A stretch of DNA of 32,000 nt, taken from positions 1-32,000 of the forward strand of contig CAYZRF010000021.1 in the NCBI GenBank assembly GCA_964480775.1, written 5' to 3'. Below, piece by piece: positions 1 through 8,225 of this stretch; the stretch's first letter is position 1, and each line of letters starts with the position of its first letter. Origin of the DNA: an uncultured Nitrososphaerota archaeon (GTDB lineage Archaea > Korarchaeota > Korarchaeia > Korarchaeales > Korarchaeaceae). The notes under the pieces are model-generated. The model was not told the origin of the DNA and made no database searches. It worked only from the letters and a program-made list of their open reading frames with translations. The position numbers and the translations under genes are program-made.

Positions 1-133
1 CAGCTCACGCTGAGCGCCTTTATTCTCTTGCTACCTTCTGCTGCTTACATCTTTTATACAAAGGACAGGGACTTCCGCCTCGAAAATAGAATTCTATCTT
101 ATAGATTCTTAAAGAAGAAAAAGGGAGGAGTGA

Positions 134-358
134 TTAGATTAGTTGTTTCTTCTCTCCATCGCTCATTTCATATATATGAATGCAATTTACTGGACAAGAC
201 TGGGCAGCTTCCATGTTGCATCCTAAATCGTCGAGTTCAGTGTTCAAGGCTTTAGATTTCCCATCTTCAGCCATTTCCCAGTTATCTGGGCAAAGTCCAG
301 CACAGACTCCACAACCTATACATTCCTCCCTAACTTGTTCGATTACGTACTTGGGCAT
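134..358 (-). CDS. small 4Fe-4S ferredoxin
   Basis: 74-aa ORF with CIGCGVCAGLCP (CxxCxxCxxxCP) plus a distal SCPVNC. Size and layout match monocluster ferredoxins of thermophilic archaea. Confidence 0.85.
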   Translation of the reverse strand: MPKYVIEQVREECIGCGVCAGLCPDNWEMAEDGKSKALNTELDDLGCNMEAAQSCPVNCIHIYEMSDGEKKQLI

Positions 359-393
359 GAATGCACCTCCCTGCGTGCAGGTGAGGAGTTCAA

Positions 394-834
394 TTAAATA
401 TTTTTACTATTGCCCTTAACCTTCTCAACCACTCTAATGTCAGTTATGACCGTGTTTGGGTATTGGCCAAATTCATCCTTTTCGTACTTCTTTACCATGT
501 CCCATATGGCCAAAAGAGCGGCAGTAAGACCAGTTAAGGCCTCCATCTCCACGCCCGTTTTGGCAGAGGCCTTAACCTCCAAGTCGACCATCACGAAATT
601 TTCTCCCAATCGAAAATCAACCTTCACGTCCTCCACAAGAATTGGGTGACAATGAGGAATTATCTCAGGAGTTCTTTTCACGGCCATAATGGCCGCAACT
701 TTCGCGACCTCAAAGACATTTCCTTTCTCAACTCTTTGCTCTTTTATTCTTGTTAGACTTTCATCTGTTAATATTATCCTCCCAGTAGCTTTTGCTCTTC
801 TCTTTTGAACTGGTTTTGGTGAGATATCTATCAT
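394..834 (-). CDS. moaC: cyclic pyranopterin monophosphate synthase MoaC
   Basis: MIDISPKPV...RRAKATGRI...HCHPI...KTGVEMEALT are typical MoaC blocks. I prefer ATG 834, which sits 5 nt after GGAGGGAG, over the TTG at 849 used in the ORF track. Confidence 0.9.
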   Translation of the reverse strand: MIDISPKPVQKRRAKATGRIILTDESLTRIKEQRVEKGNVFEVAKVAAIMAVKRTPEIIPHCHPILVEDVKVDFRLGENFVMVDLEVKASAKTGVEMEALTGLTAALLAIWDMVKKYEKDEFGQYPNTVITDIRVVEKVKGNSKNI

Positions 835-862
835 CTCAACTCCCTCCAAATATGCTGTGCAT

Positions 863-1108
863 TTAATCCATTACGGACAAACCTTTAACCCCTAACTCAT
901 CCTTTACTTTTCTCTTAAGAACTCTTTCAATTCTTTCCACCCCAACCTCATTCGCATCTATTAGTTCTAAGAAGAGGCATGCTAACTTTTCTGCTGCCTC
1001 TTCAGCTATTGGATTAGTGATTCTTATCTCGCAAATCGCGGACTTCATTAACTCAGATAGCTTCTTTTTCGACTTCTCTCTTGAGGGCCTAAAAAATGGA
1101 AGGAGCAT
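863..1108 (-). CDS. hypothetical small helical protein (start uncertain)
   Basis: An ORF directly upstream of moaC on the same strand. The long 127-aa version runs into the divergent promoter, so I took the internal ATG (MLLPFF...). No motif recognised. Confidence 0.3.
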   Translation of the reverse strand: MLLPFFRPSREKSKKKLSELMKSAICEIRITNPIAEEAAEKLACLFLELIDANEVGVERIERVLKRKVKDELGVKGLSVMD

Positions 1109-1237
1109 TTTCAACTTGATTTTAATAGAGCACACAGTGAAACATTGGATTGTAGAGTAAAGGTAACCAGTCTCTTTTCGAAAATTATTACGAAAACCAC
1201 CTAAGAAATATCTCATTTCATTGATTAACCAATTGAG

Positions 1238-1615
1238 TTGAACCAAACCATATCCTACGCAATAATCGGGACATTGGGCTTAGTTAGCTTAGTTGTATCC
1301 TTGCACGGCATCCAGCCATTTATCTCTGATATTGAAAGAAGAGTCGAAACTGGTTGTGTATACTCAGTTCTCAGTGCAATAAGCAACGTAGTCAATTCGG
1401 TTGTTGGTGGAGGGTCCGCTAGCGGAATAATATTTACTCCATTCCAAGTTAACCTTTCAGTTGTTGACAGAATCCTTTTTGCCAGTTGTGGCGATTACAG
1501 GGCAGATCTTGAATTTCCTTTCGAAATATCTCCATTAAATGCCTCAATAAGGGGGTTGGTCAGAATAAAGGCAACATGGTCTGAAAAGGGAGTTTCACTG
1601 GTGATTAAGGGATGA
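1238..1615 (+). CDS. hypothetical N-terminally anchored protein (locus 1 accessory operon, gene 1)
   Basis: 125-aa ORF with no ATG codon at all, so it needs a TTG start. It has one N-terminal hydrophobic helix (ISYAIIGTLGLVSLVVSL), and its stop overlaps the next start (ATGA). Confidence 0.5.
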   Translation: MNQTISYAIIGTLGLVSLVVSLHGIQPFISDIERRVETGCVYSVLSAISNVVNSVVGGGSASGIIFTPFQVNLSVVDRILFASCGDYRADLEFPFEISPLNASIRGLVRIKATWSEKGVSLVIKG

Positions 1616-1965
1616 ATGTAGAGATTGATGAAGCTTTAAGAACCTTAGTTTTTGTAGCATTACTCCTTGCTTCAGGGGCAATCTCCAATAGATTAGCATA
1701 CTTGAGAGTTAAGAACTTTGGATACAGACTAGCTTCTACCCTTACGGCCCTAAGCGAAAGATCAGTAAATCACAAAGTGGGTATAGCGCTAGAACTACCA
1801 GAGGGTAATTATTCCTTGATTTTCTTCGACAATGGTTCAGCTCTTTTCTCAATGAACGGGTACGAAATAGTTCTGAACGGCATTTCAACGGACTTAAGGG
1901 GGGAGATCCGAGGCGGGAAAGAATTACAGATTACAAGCAGAGGGGAGCTAATCCAAGATGGATGA
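1612..1965 (+). CDS. hypothetical pilin-like/anchored protein (gene 2)
   Basis: N-terminus MNVEIDEALRTLVFVALLLASG (an acidic residue, then a hydrophobic helix), followed by a beta-rich-looking C-terminal part. ATGA overlap with gene 1. Confidence 0.55.
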   Translation: MNVEIDEALRTLVFVALLLASGAISNRLAYLRVKNFGYRLASTLTALSERSVNHKVGIALELPEGNYSLIFFDNGSALFSMNGYEIVLNGISTDLRGEIRGGKELQITSRGELIQDG

Positions 1966-2059
1966 AGAAATTGCTGATGCAGTTTGGTTCATAATCGTGA
2001 TAGCAGCCCTAATACTAGCTATTTTGGCTAGCAACCCACCGCCCTCGCCAATAGGGTGA
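1958..2059 (+). CDS. possible 33-aa single-TM micro-protein (gene 3)
   Basis: Not in the ORF track because it is under 60 aa. ATG 1958 gives MDEEIADAVWFIIVIAALILAILASNPPPSPIG. It overlaps gene 2 by 8 nt, and its TGA overlaps the next start (GTGATG). Confidence 0.3.
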   Translation: MDEEIADAVWFIIVIAALILAILASNPPPSPIG

Positions 2060-2337
2060 TGAAGCTGAGGACAATTGCCTTTTTGATTGCCCTCTTGCTT
2101 TTATCTCTTCTAGTTATTGATCTTTCAATAAAGAGCATAGTTCCTTCTTGGGCAGTTAAGGCGAGAGAAGATATTGCTATTAGAACAGTCGAACTCTTTT
2201 GGAAGAAGGGTGTTCGACTCGTTTGGGAAGGAGGCTACAGAGAGAACCTCGATCCCTATGGATTAAGCGTTAAAATCAAAATTCCAGTGCCAAGCTCGCC
2301 AAATCAGATATGTGTTGAGATTTCATATAGGAGATGA
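2059..2337 (+). CDS. hypothetical N-terminally anchored protein (gene 4)
   Basis: MKLRTIAFLIALLLLSLLVIDL signal-anchor. The start is ATG 2059, or GTG 2056 as in the track. Confidence 0.5.
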   Translation: MKLRTIAFLIALLLLSLLVIDLSIKSIVPSWAVKAREDIAIRTVELFWKKGVRLVWEGGYRENLDPYGLSVKIKIPVPSSPNQICVEISYRR

Positions 2338-2341
2338 GAGC

Positions 2342-3331
2342 TTGAGAGAGGTTTTAGCTATCATAACGATTTTGATCTTGATACTTCCAACATTTATCGT
2401 CCCGGATACTAATATCTTGGATAGCAGAATAATTGATGCCGCTTTTGCGGAAAGTTCTGCATGGATGGAGTCCGAAATAGCCCTACCAAGATATCTCTCA
2501 TTCATTAGATGTCTGATAGATGAGTGGCTAGCCAATAACTATGGAAAGGATGTAGATCAAGTAAGACTTCCAAAGATCATAAATACAGAGGATTGGAAGA
2601 CATATGCCGAGAACGAAGCCAGGAGTAGGGGAATCATACTCTTTTGCAATGTAACGCCCGTAATATTGAGTAGGTCTTATGCAGCTAATGAACTACAAAA
2701 CAAGGTATTTGCTGGAGGATGTAAGCCAGGGGCTATAGGTGTGCAAAGTTCTTTATCCATCTTTGTAGTTTCGAAGAGGGGTTTTGCAGAAGCAGTCGCA
2801 AAGAGAAATTACTCTATTTCAGTTTGTCACCCCTGCCTCTATTTTCTAATAAAGGAAGCTCACAAAAAAATAGAAAAAGAGTTAGAAAACTTGATACCAG
2901 ACGAAACAGTAGTTGTTGGTGTGAGAAATGACTACATATCAGCAGTATTTCTGCTTAAATCCAAACTTTTAGATTTAGATAAGAAAATAGACGATCTTCT
3001 CACTTCATTAAAGAGAGAGTTCTCCTCAAAAGGAATAGAAATAGAATTCGACGTTAAGAGAGAAATTTCTATATCAAAAAGCGGAAATTCCGTGAGATTA
3101 ACTGTATCATACAAGTTTTACATAGAAGTCTGGGATAAAGAGGTTATTTATTGGGTTAGAGGCCTTCGAAAAGGCTGGTATTTGAAAAATGATCTCAAAT
3201 TGAAAGCCAAAATGTTGTGCAGGGTTCAAGAGGCGTTCAAAAGGATACCTACCAAAAATAGAGAGAAAGGACCTGAAAAAAGAGAGAAATCAAGGGAGAG
3301 GACAATACCTTGGCTAATACCGCCCAGATGA
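2342..3331 (+). CDS. hypothetical anchored protein with Lys/Arg/Glu-rich tail (gene 5)
   Basis: TTG 2342 lies 8 nt after AGGAG; the track uses GTG 2312. N-terminal helix LREVLAIITILILILPTF, then about 300 aa of soluble part ending KNREKGPEKREKSRER. No known motif recognised. Confidence 0.6.
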   Translation: MREVLAIITILILILPTFIVPDTNILDSRIIDAAFAESSAWMESEIALPRYLSFIRCLIDEWLANNYGKDVDQVRLPKIINTEDWKTYAENEARSRGIILFCNVTPVILSRSYAANELQNKVFAGGCKPGAIGVQSSLSIFVVSKRGFAEAVAKRNYSISVCHPCLYFLIKEAHKKIEKELENLIPDETVVVGVRNDYISAVFLLKSKLLDLDKKIDDLLTSLKREFSSKGIEIEFDVKREISISKSGNSVRLTVSYKFYIEVWDKEVIYWVRGLRKGWYLKNDLKLKAKMLCRVQEAFKRIPTKNREKGPEKREKSRERTIPWLIPPR

Positions 3332-3645
3332 GGATCATCCTTCTATTTAATGGCTTTAAAATATCAACCTATGATTGGTTCTTAGGATCAGAGACTATAT
3401 TCAATATTTTAAGGAGAATTCTAAAAAGCTTGCTTCTCGAAGTAGATAAAGGACTTCAATTCCTTAACAGAGTATTTACAGCTTTACTTCCAATTATATT
3501 CTTCATCTGGGTCCTGCTTTGGATCATGAACTTGGAGGAATTAAAAGGCCTTCAAAAATACATCAAGTGGTGGGTTCTATTCTGTTTTGTAATGATAAGC
3601 ATATCTCAAGGGCTTTCTTTCCTAATAAATGCGAAAATCGACTGA
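3328..3645 (+). CDS. hypothetical small membrane protein (gene 6)
   Basis: ATG 3328 overlaps the previous stop (ATGA). Two clear hydrophobic segments (LLPIIFFIWVLLWIM, WWVLFCFVMISI). Confidence 0.5.
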   Translation: MRIILLFNGFKISTYDWFLGSETIFNILRRILKSLLLEVDKGLQFLNRVFTALLPIIFFIWVLLWIMNLEELKGLQKYIKWWVLFCFVMISISQGLSFLINAKID

Positions 3646-4036
3646 GCTTTAGGTTTTTTATCAACTTTGGAAAGAGAACAATTGTAAAAGAAAACAAAAA
3701 ATAGTAGGAATGGAAATACCCCCTTCCTCTACTCAAACCAATGATGCAAGCAATAAACAAGATTTTTCCAAGGTCAAAGGAGGAAATAAGAGGGGAAATA
3801 GCAATAATGAACTTACAATCTCCGCCTCCAAAGCCAACGCCGTATAATGACAAAGCAAAAGGAATAGCAGCAAATATTCTAATGAAGACAGAAAAATGTG
3901 AATTTCTTAATAAAGAAAAGATGGAATTTAGAGAAAATAGGAATATATTCAATCTATTAGGTATCTTGCCTGTCTTGACATCTATCAGAGAACTCAACAA
4001 TGCTTCCAACATGGCTATAGCCATCATGAGCATCAT
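3563..4036 (-). CDS. minimal A24-family prepilin peptidase (TadV/CpaA-like)
   Basis: 157 aa and polytopic. It carries the two aspartate motifs of A24 peptidases: LIDVKTGKIPN and GFGGGDCKF. It follows the platform genes directly (TGA then ATG, 1-nt gap). Confidence 0.7.
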   Translation of the reverse strand: MMLMMAIAMLEALLSSLIDVKTGKIPNRLNIFLFSLNSIFSLLRNSHFSVFIRIFAAIPFALSLYGVGFGGGDCKFIIAISPLISSFDLGKILFIACIIGLSRGRGYFHSYYFLFSFTIVLFPKLIKNLKLSRFSHLLGKKALEICLSLQNRIEPTT

Positions 4037-4037
4037 A

Positions 4038-4613
4038 TCACCCGAATAAATTGCTGAGTAAGAAAGTTGTCATCAGAAAAGGTATTGAATAGTACATTAG
4101 CCACTTTAGGCCCCTTTCCACTTCTTCCGCAATAAATACTGTAAAAGCAGCTCCGATTAATCCAAAAGACACGAAATTGCTGTGAGGCTTTCCAAGAAGC
4201 ATGTACCAAAGGAGTTCAGATATCTTCGAAAAGGCAGCTGACATGACTCCCAACATCATGATCAAGAACCTTGCTAAATTCCTTCTATTTTTCAAGAGAG
4301 CTGCTCTCTCGGCCTCCAGCTCTTCTACAACTCTCACAATGGATGCAGTGTCCCTAAGCACTCTACCGATAAATTCTGGCTCTGCTCCAGAGGTCAATAT
4401 TTCAGCTAACCAAGGACCATAATCTCCGAGAACGGTTTGGAGATTCACCATAATTTCTTCAATTGTTTTGTCGTCGGCAATAGCTTTCATAACGAGATTC
4501 TTGATTTCAGGGTCAAAGAGAGCAACTTGCCTCAGTGCAACGACTGGGTGTCGATTAAGTTCCAGTGAATCGGCTAGTGCCTCTATTATCACCGTTTTCG
4601 AAGTCTTTTCCAT
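4038..4613 (-). CDS. single-domain T2SSF platform protein (TadC-like half)
   Basis: 191 aa with a helical T2SSF-type cytoplasmic domain followed by TM segments. It has its own AGGAGG 8 nt before ATG 4613 and overlaps the upstream gene by 25 nt. Confidence 0.7.
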   Translation of the reverse strand: MEKTSKTVIIEALADSLELNRHPVVALRQVALFDPEIKNLVMKAIADDKTIEEIMVNLQTVLGDYGPWLAEILTSGAEPEFIGRVLRDTASIVRVVEELEAERAALLKNRRNLARFLIMMLGVMSAAFSKISELLWYMLLGKPHSNFVSFGLIGAAFTVFIAEEVERGLKWLMYYSIPFLMTTFLLSNLFG

Positions 4614-5089
4614 AACTTAAACCTCCTAAATGAATATCTGAAGATTGAAACCACGAATAGACAAATAGAGGTTGGACCGATAAGAGAGGAAGGTATTGTA
4701 CCGAGAGCAGAAGCGCTAGCCAATAGCATCATTGTTAAGAAAGCCATAGATAGTCGGATGGCCATTTTATGGTCAAGTTCCTTATTTTCAAGCTCTATTT
4801 CCACTCTCATGAAGTTCTTTAGGGTATTAACGATGTCTTGAGAGTTTGCCCCTTGAAGAAGGGATCTAATTGCCACAGCTAAAGGGCGATAACTCAATTG
4901 TTCACAAAATGCGTTTAATTTGCTCTGAAGAGTGTATCCTTCAACAGAGGAAGTAAGAAACATAGTTCTCATTTCTTTAGCGTAAGGTTCAAGTTTGGAC
5001 CTAGCTACAAGTTCAACGGCCTTAATCGGACTCCAAGTGAGTCCTAGAGAAAACAGCTGAATGAACCTCATAACTTGCTTTCGATCCAT
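4589..5089 (-). CDS. single-domain T2SSF platform protein (TadB-like half)
   Basis: 166 aa with the same helical-domain-plus-TM pattern. AGGGAG lies 7 nt before ATG 5089, and it overlaps the end of the ATPase gene by 22 nt. Confidence 0.7.
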   Translation of the reverse strand: MDRKQVMRFIQLFSLGLTWSPIKAVELVARSKLEPYAKEMRTMFLTSSVEGYTLQSKLNAFCEQLSYRPLAVAIRSLLQGANSQDIVNTLKNFMRVEIELENKELDHKMAIRLSMAFLTMMLLASASALGTIPSSLIGPTSICLFVVSIFRYSFRRFKLWKRLRKR

Positions 5090-6501
5090 GAAGTAGCTCC
5101 CTTTATCCTCTTGATAACTTCTTCATTGGTCTTCAAGTTCAGCGAAGATCTGATCATTGAGAGAAACCTCTCTGAGGGTTTTGGTTTTACCTCCTCCCAA
5201 CCACTATCCTCATACCTGTAGAGTTTTTCGGCAACCCTAAATTCCATAAACAACGTTAAACACCCCATTAGAGCATCTTCCATTCCCCATCTAAACCATT
5301 TCCTCTCCAACGAGACAGGATCCTTAGCATGCGTTGTTGCGATCACCCTGAATCCGCTTTCTTTTGCTAGAGCAAAGGCTTTAGCGTGTTCTTCTGTAAG
5401 AATTTCCCCTAAAAAGACTAAATCAGGATTTCTATGCAAAAAGGTGGTCACCACACTCTCCCTTTCACCAGGAAAGACGTAGGGATGATGTTTAAGGCCA
5501 TAACGAGAAAAATCTTCAATTTCCCTTACTTCCTCGATGCTTATGATCCTCCATTCCCTAGCGGAATATGCTAGAAGAGAGTTAGCTAGTGTGGTTTTGC
5601 CTACGCCCGTTCTTCCAACAATCATGATTGGCTGTCTTTCGTACATGGCTTGTACTAAATAGGCTGCAAGGCTTTCACTTATCGTCCCTAACGCTATTAA
5701 GCGCGACATTGGAAGTCTCGGCAAAGCAGAAAGATTTCTTGCGTCAAACGAAGGTTTTGATATTGGAGGAATGTCAACTCCAAGTCTAATCTTAGAGTCC
5801 TTAAAGGTAAACTCAATCTTTACGGTGGGTTGGTTGAGGTTAAGGGACCCATAGGGATGCAACTCCACTATCGTTCTAATCTTTTCAAACTCCCTCCTAT
5901 CTAGGATTAAATTGCTAATTTCAACCCTACCTGCCTCGATGTGATCTATGTATACCGGAGAACCCTCAAGGCCGTAGATCTCAGTTATATCATTGCCAGT
6001 TGCCAAGATAAGAATGGGCCAAGCCTTTGTAGATCTTACAGCTGCTTCTAAGATAATGTCATCTCTTAAAATCTTATTAGAGCCGAGTATCTTTTTTATC
6101 TGGTTCTTTCGAAAATTTATAACGTCCCAAAGATCGATTTCCAATGAATCTTCTGGATAAACTCCTTCCATTAACCTAGAGAGACCTATTGCAAAGATCA
6201 CACTTCCTGAACCGCAAATCCAGCTCTTGGGTATGAAATAAGTCCTTTTACCATTCATGCCAAGCATAGCACATCCGAGATCCTCTATTATTTCATCAAA
6301 ATGTATCTTTGGGGTTTTTAGAGGAGGATAGGGTACTTCCTTTACAAACGCAATGTGCTTCTCGCTTCCAAGTGCTGCCAACAATCTTGCCTTGTCGTAG
6401 GTCTGATAAGGACTGAGAAAAAGATCTAAGGAAAACTCCTCTACCCACTTTATAGCTGCATTTACGAATCTATGATATGAGTTCTCCTCGTTAAGGCCCA
6501 A
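5068..6501 (-). CDS. PilT-class type II/IV secretion ATPase (TadA/CpaF/EpdL-like)
   Basis: Walker A GRTGVGKTT, Asp box IISIEEVREI, Walker B PDLVFLGEI, His box VIATTHA. TTG start 9 nt after the pilin stop, preceded by GGGGTGA. Confidence 0.9.
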   Translation of the reverse strand: MGLNEENSYHRFVNAAIKWVEEFSLDLFLSPYQTYDKARLLAALGSEKHIAFVKEVPYPPLKTPKIHFDEIIEDLGCAMLGMNGKRTYFIPKSWICGSGSVIFAIGLSRLMEGVYPEDSLEIDLWDVINFRKNQIKKILGSNKILRDDIILEAAVRSTKAWPILILATGNDITEIYGLEGSPVYIDHIEAGRVEISNLILDRREFEKIRTIVELHPYGSLNLNQPTVKIEFTFKDSKIRLGVDIPPISKPSFDARNLSALPRLPMSRLIALGTISESLAAYLVQAMYERQPIMIVGRTGVGKTTLANSLLAYSAREWRIISIEEVREIEDFSRYGLKHHPYVFPGERESVVTTFLHRNPDLVFLGEILTEEHAKAFALAKESGFRVIATTHAKDPVSLERKWFRWGMEDALMGCLTLFMEFRVAEKLYRYEDSGWEEVKPKPSERFLSMIRSSLNLKTNEEVIKRIKGATSWIESKL

Positions 6502-6510
6502 CTACTTGGT

Positions 6511-6792
6511 TCACCCCGTGGTGAGGTTGCCTCTGGCTAAATTCTCACTTTCTGAGCCCCAGAGGCTGCTAAGATGTTCGCTTAACCAATCAATGAAATC
6601 CGAAAATTTCTCTTCAGTAAGATCCGGTAGATTCCACAAGAACTCCAAAGCGTTTGCTACAGGGTTTACAACAAGAGCGAAGAAAGCAGCTATGGTGGCA
6701 GCAATCAAAAGAGCAGTTTCTGTTGTCTGAGTTAAACCAGATTCATCCTCTAAAAAACCCTTGATGAATCTTTTAATTTTCTTAAACAGCAT
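6511..6792 (-). CDS. Flp-type prepilin (93 aa)
   Basis: ATG 6792 is preceded by GGAGGTGAAA. The leader junction KGFLEDESG/LTQTTETALLIAATIAAFFALV resembles bacterial Flp/PilA (FLKDESG/ATAIEYGLI). The 119-aa version in the track is a spurious 5' extension across the promoter. Confidence 0.7.
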   Translation of the reverse strand: MLFKKIKRFIKGFLEDESGLTQTTETALLIAATIAAFFALVVNPVANALEFLWNLPDLTEEKFSDFIDWLSEHLSSLWGSESENLARGNLTTG

Positions 6793-6826
6793 TTTCACCT
6801 CCCAGAGGGGGAAAGCTTGGAAAGGG

Positions 6827-6834
6827 TATTTAAG
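6827..6834 (-). promoter_or_regulatory. putative TATA box of the Flp-like gene
   Basis: The minus strand reads CTTAAATA about 35 nt upstream of ATG 6792, which would leave a short SD-containing leader. Confidence 0.35.
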
Positions 6835-7064
6835 ACGTCTCTTAGCAGAATACATTGTTCTTGCAATCATTATTGGGCGTTTATGCTACTAAACACGTTG
6901 TTTTACTGATATCACTCATCAGAAAAACATAGGATATATTCAAGAGTAACAGGGTAGATATCCAAAGTTTTGCACTTAATTTATCATTTATTATCCCATC
7001 AAAAGGTTAATCTAGGAGGGGATTAGGACTAAAAGGATTCCTTTCTTCAAACTTTCTCATCAAC

Positions 7065-8225
7065 TCATCCAAAGCCTTCCAATACCAGAAGCATCCTATG
7101 GGCATCGGTTCTGGTAGCTTCAGAAGGGTTAATTGCTGCCCATATCAGTCTCTTTATCCCTTCTCCTTGAGGATCGCTAATTGAGCGAAGTTCATGCGGC
7201 CTTACTTCTAGAGATTTAGAAATAAGCCTAATAAACCAAGGAAATAGGGCCAAGATACAATTCTTAATGTCACCTGAATTTAAGAGATGTCTCGCTGCTC
7301 TAATTTCTTTAGATCCCTCTCTTCTTAACTTACTAACTAGTAAACAAAAAGAAAGATCTCTCAACGCAATTCCCAAAAAACCTATGGAGGAAATCAAAAA
7401 GAGAAAGGTGTTGAAGCACCCAGTTAAGACGGTGAATAGAGCAGATAAGATCAGCCTCTTTTTTGCTAATTGCTTCGATGTCTTAATTAGATCAAAAACA
7501 TCTAAATTTTCTACTTCTTTGCTTGGAATAGTTAGACGGCTTGATAACTTAAAAACCAAAAAAGGGCTGAGAAATAGGGCAAAAAAAGATAAATTTGTCT
7601 TCAAACGATAGATTAATGCAAAAACAGTAGAAGCTATGTTTAAACTAAATGCTATGTGGGAGAGTCTTATTTCTCCCTGGTAGCTCATATAACTAAGTAG
7701 AGGAATGCCAATAATTGATGAAAGTAGAAAATAGAAATTTGGAAAAGAAAAACTAACGACATTGAAGTCCCCCAAGAAAACTGCTATAGAAAATGTAACA
7801 GAACTAACTAGGGCCGAAATTGAAAGGTATTTTAGGAACGTAGGGAAGTTCTTTCTCTTCCCTATCTTCCGAGCTAGCAATAGGCTAACTGAATCACTGA
7901 AACCATACAACGAAGTCCATCCATACAGGAGCGCATGAATTGTTGATATAGAATTATCCAAATTCACAAAGGCTGGCAGATATAGAAACATCAGTACACC
8001 AGATATTCCAAGGCTTGTAAGACTTTGGAGATAAGAACATGCTCCTAGCATGGCCCCTAGAACACAAACGAGAAATAAACCTCCAAGATCGTCATAGGAC
8101 ACTTTTATCTGCCAAGCTAGACTATCCCCTATGCTTACTTCTCTTTTAAGTGCGCAAAAGTAGAGAGAGATTAACAGCACACCGTAAAGAATAGTTAAGA
8201 GATACAGGGCCTTATTTGGGTTCAA
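7065..8225 (-). CDS. hypothetical polytopic membrane protein with about 100-aa C-terminal soluble region
   Basis: 386 aa with many hydrophobic segments and a TTG start. It overlaps the stop of the ParA-like gene by 14 nt, which suggests co-translation. No motif recognised. Confidence 0.6.
   Translation of the reverse strand: MNPNKALYLLTILYGVLLISLYFCALKREVSIGDSLAWQIKVSYDDLGGLFLVCVLGAMLGACSYLQSLTSLGISGVLMFLYLPAFVNLDNSISTIHALLYGWTSLYGFSDSVSLLLARKIGKRKNFPTFLKYLSISALVSSVTFSIAVFLGDFNVVSFSFPNFYFLLSSIIGIPLLSYMSYQGEIRLSHIAFSLNIASTVFALIYRLKTNLSFFALFLSPFLVFKLSSRLTIPSKEVENLDVFDLIKTSKQLAKKRLILSALFTVLTGCFNTFLFLISSIGFLGIALRDLSFCLLVSKLRREGSKEIRAARHLLNSGDIKNCILALFPWFIRLISKSLEVRPHELRSISDPQGEGIKRLIWAAINPSEATRTDAHRMLLVLEGFG

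Noticed and set aside
1215-1220. A single ATTTCA copy 18 nt upstream of the locus 1 accessory operon, possibly linking it to the pilin-promoter motif.
   Set aside because: One copy of an AT-rich hexamer is expected by chance many times in 32 kb. Only the dense arrays at 21304-21343 and 25502-25556 stand out.
6793-6870. 26-codon N-terminal extension of the Flp-like ORF (the 119-aa version).
   Set aside because: The extension covers the CTTAAATA promoter element and the GGAGGTGAAA SD. A Flp-type leader needs the ATG at 6792.
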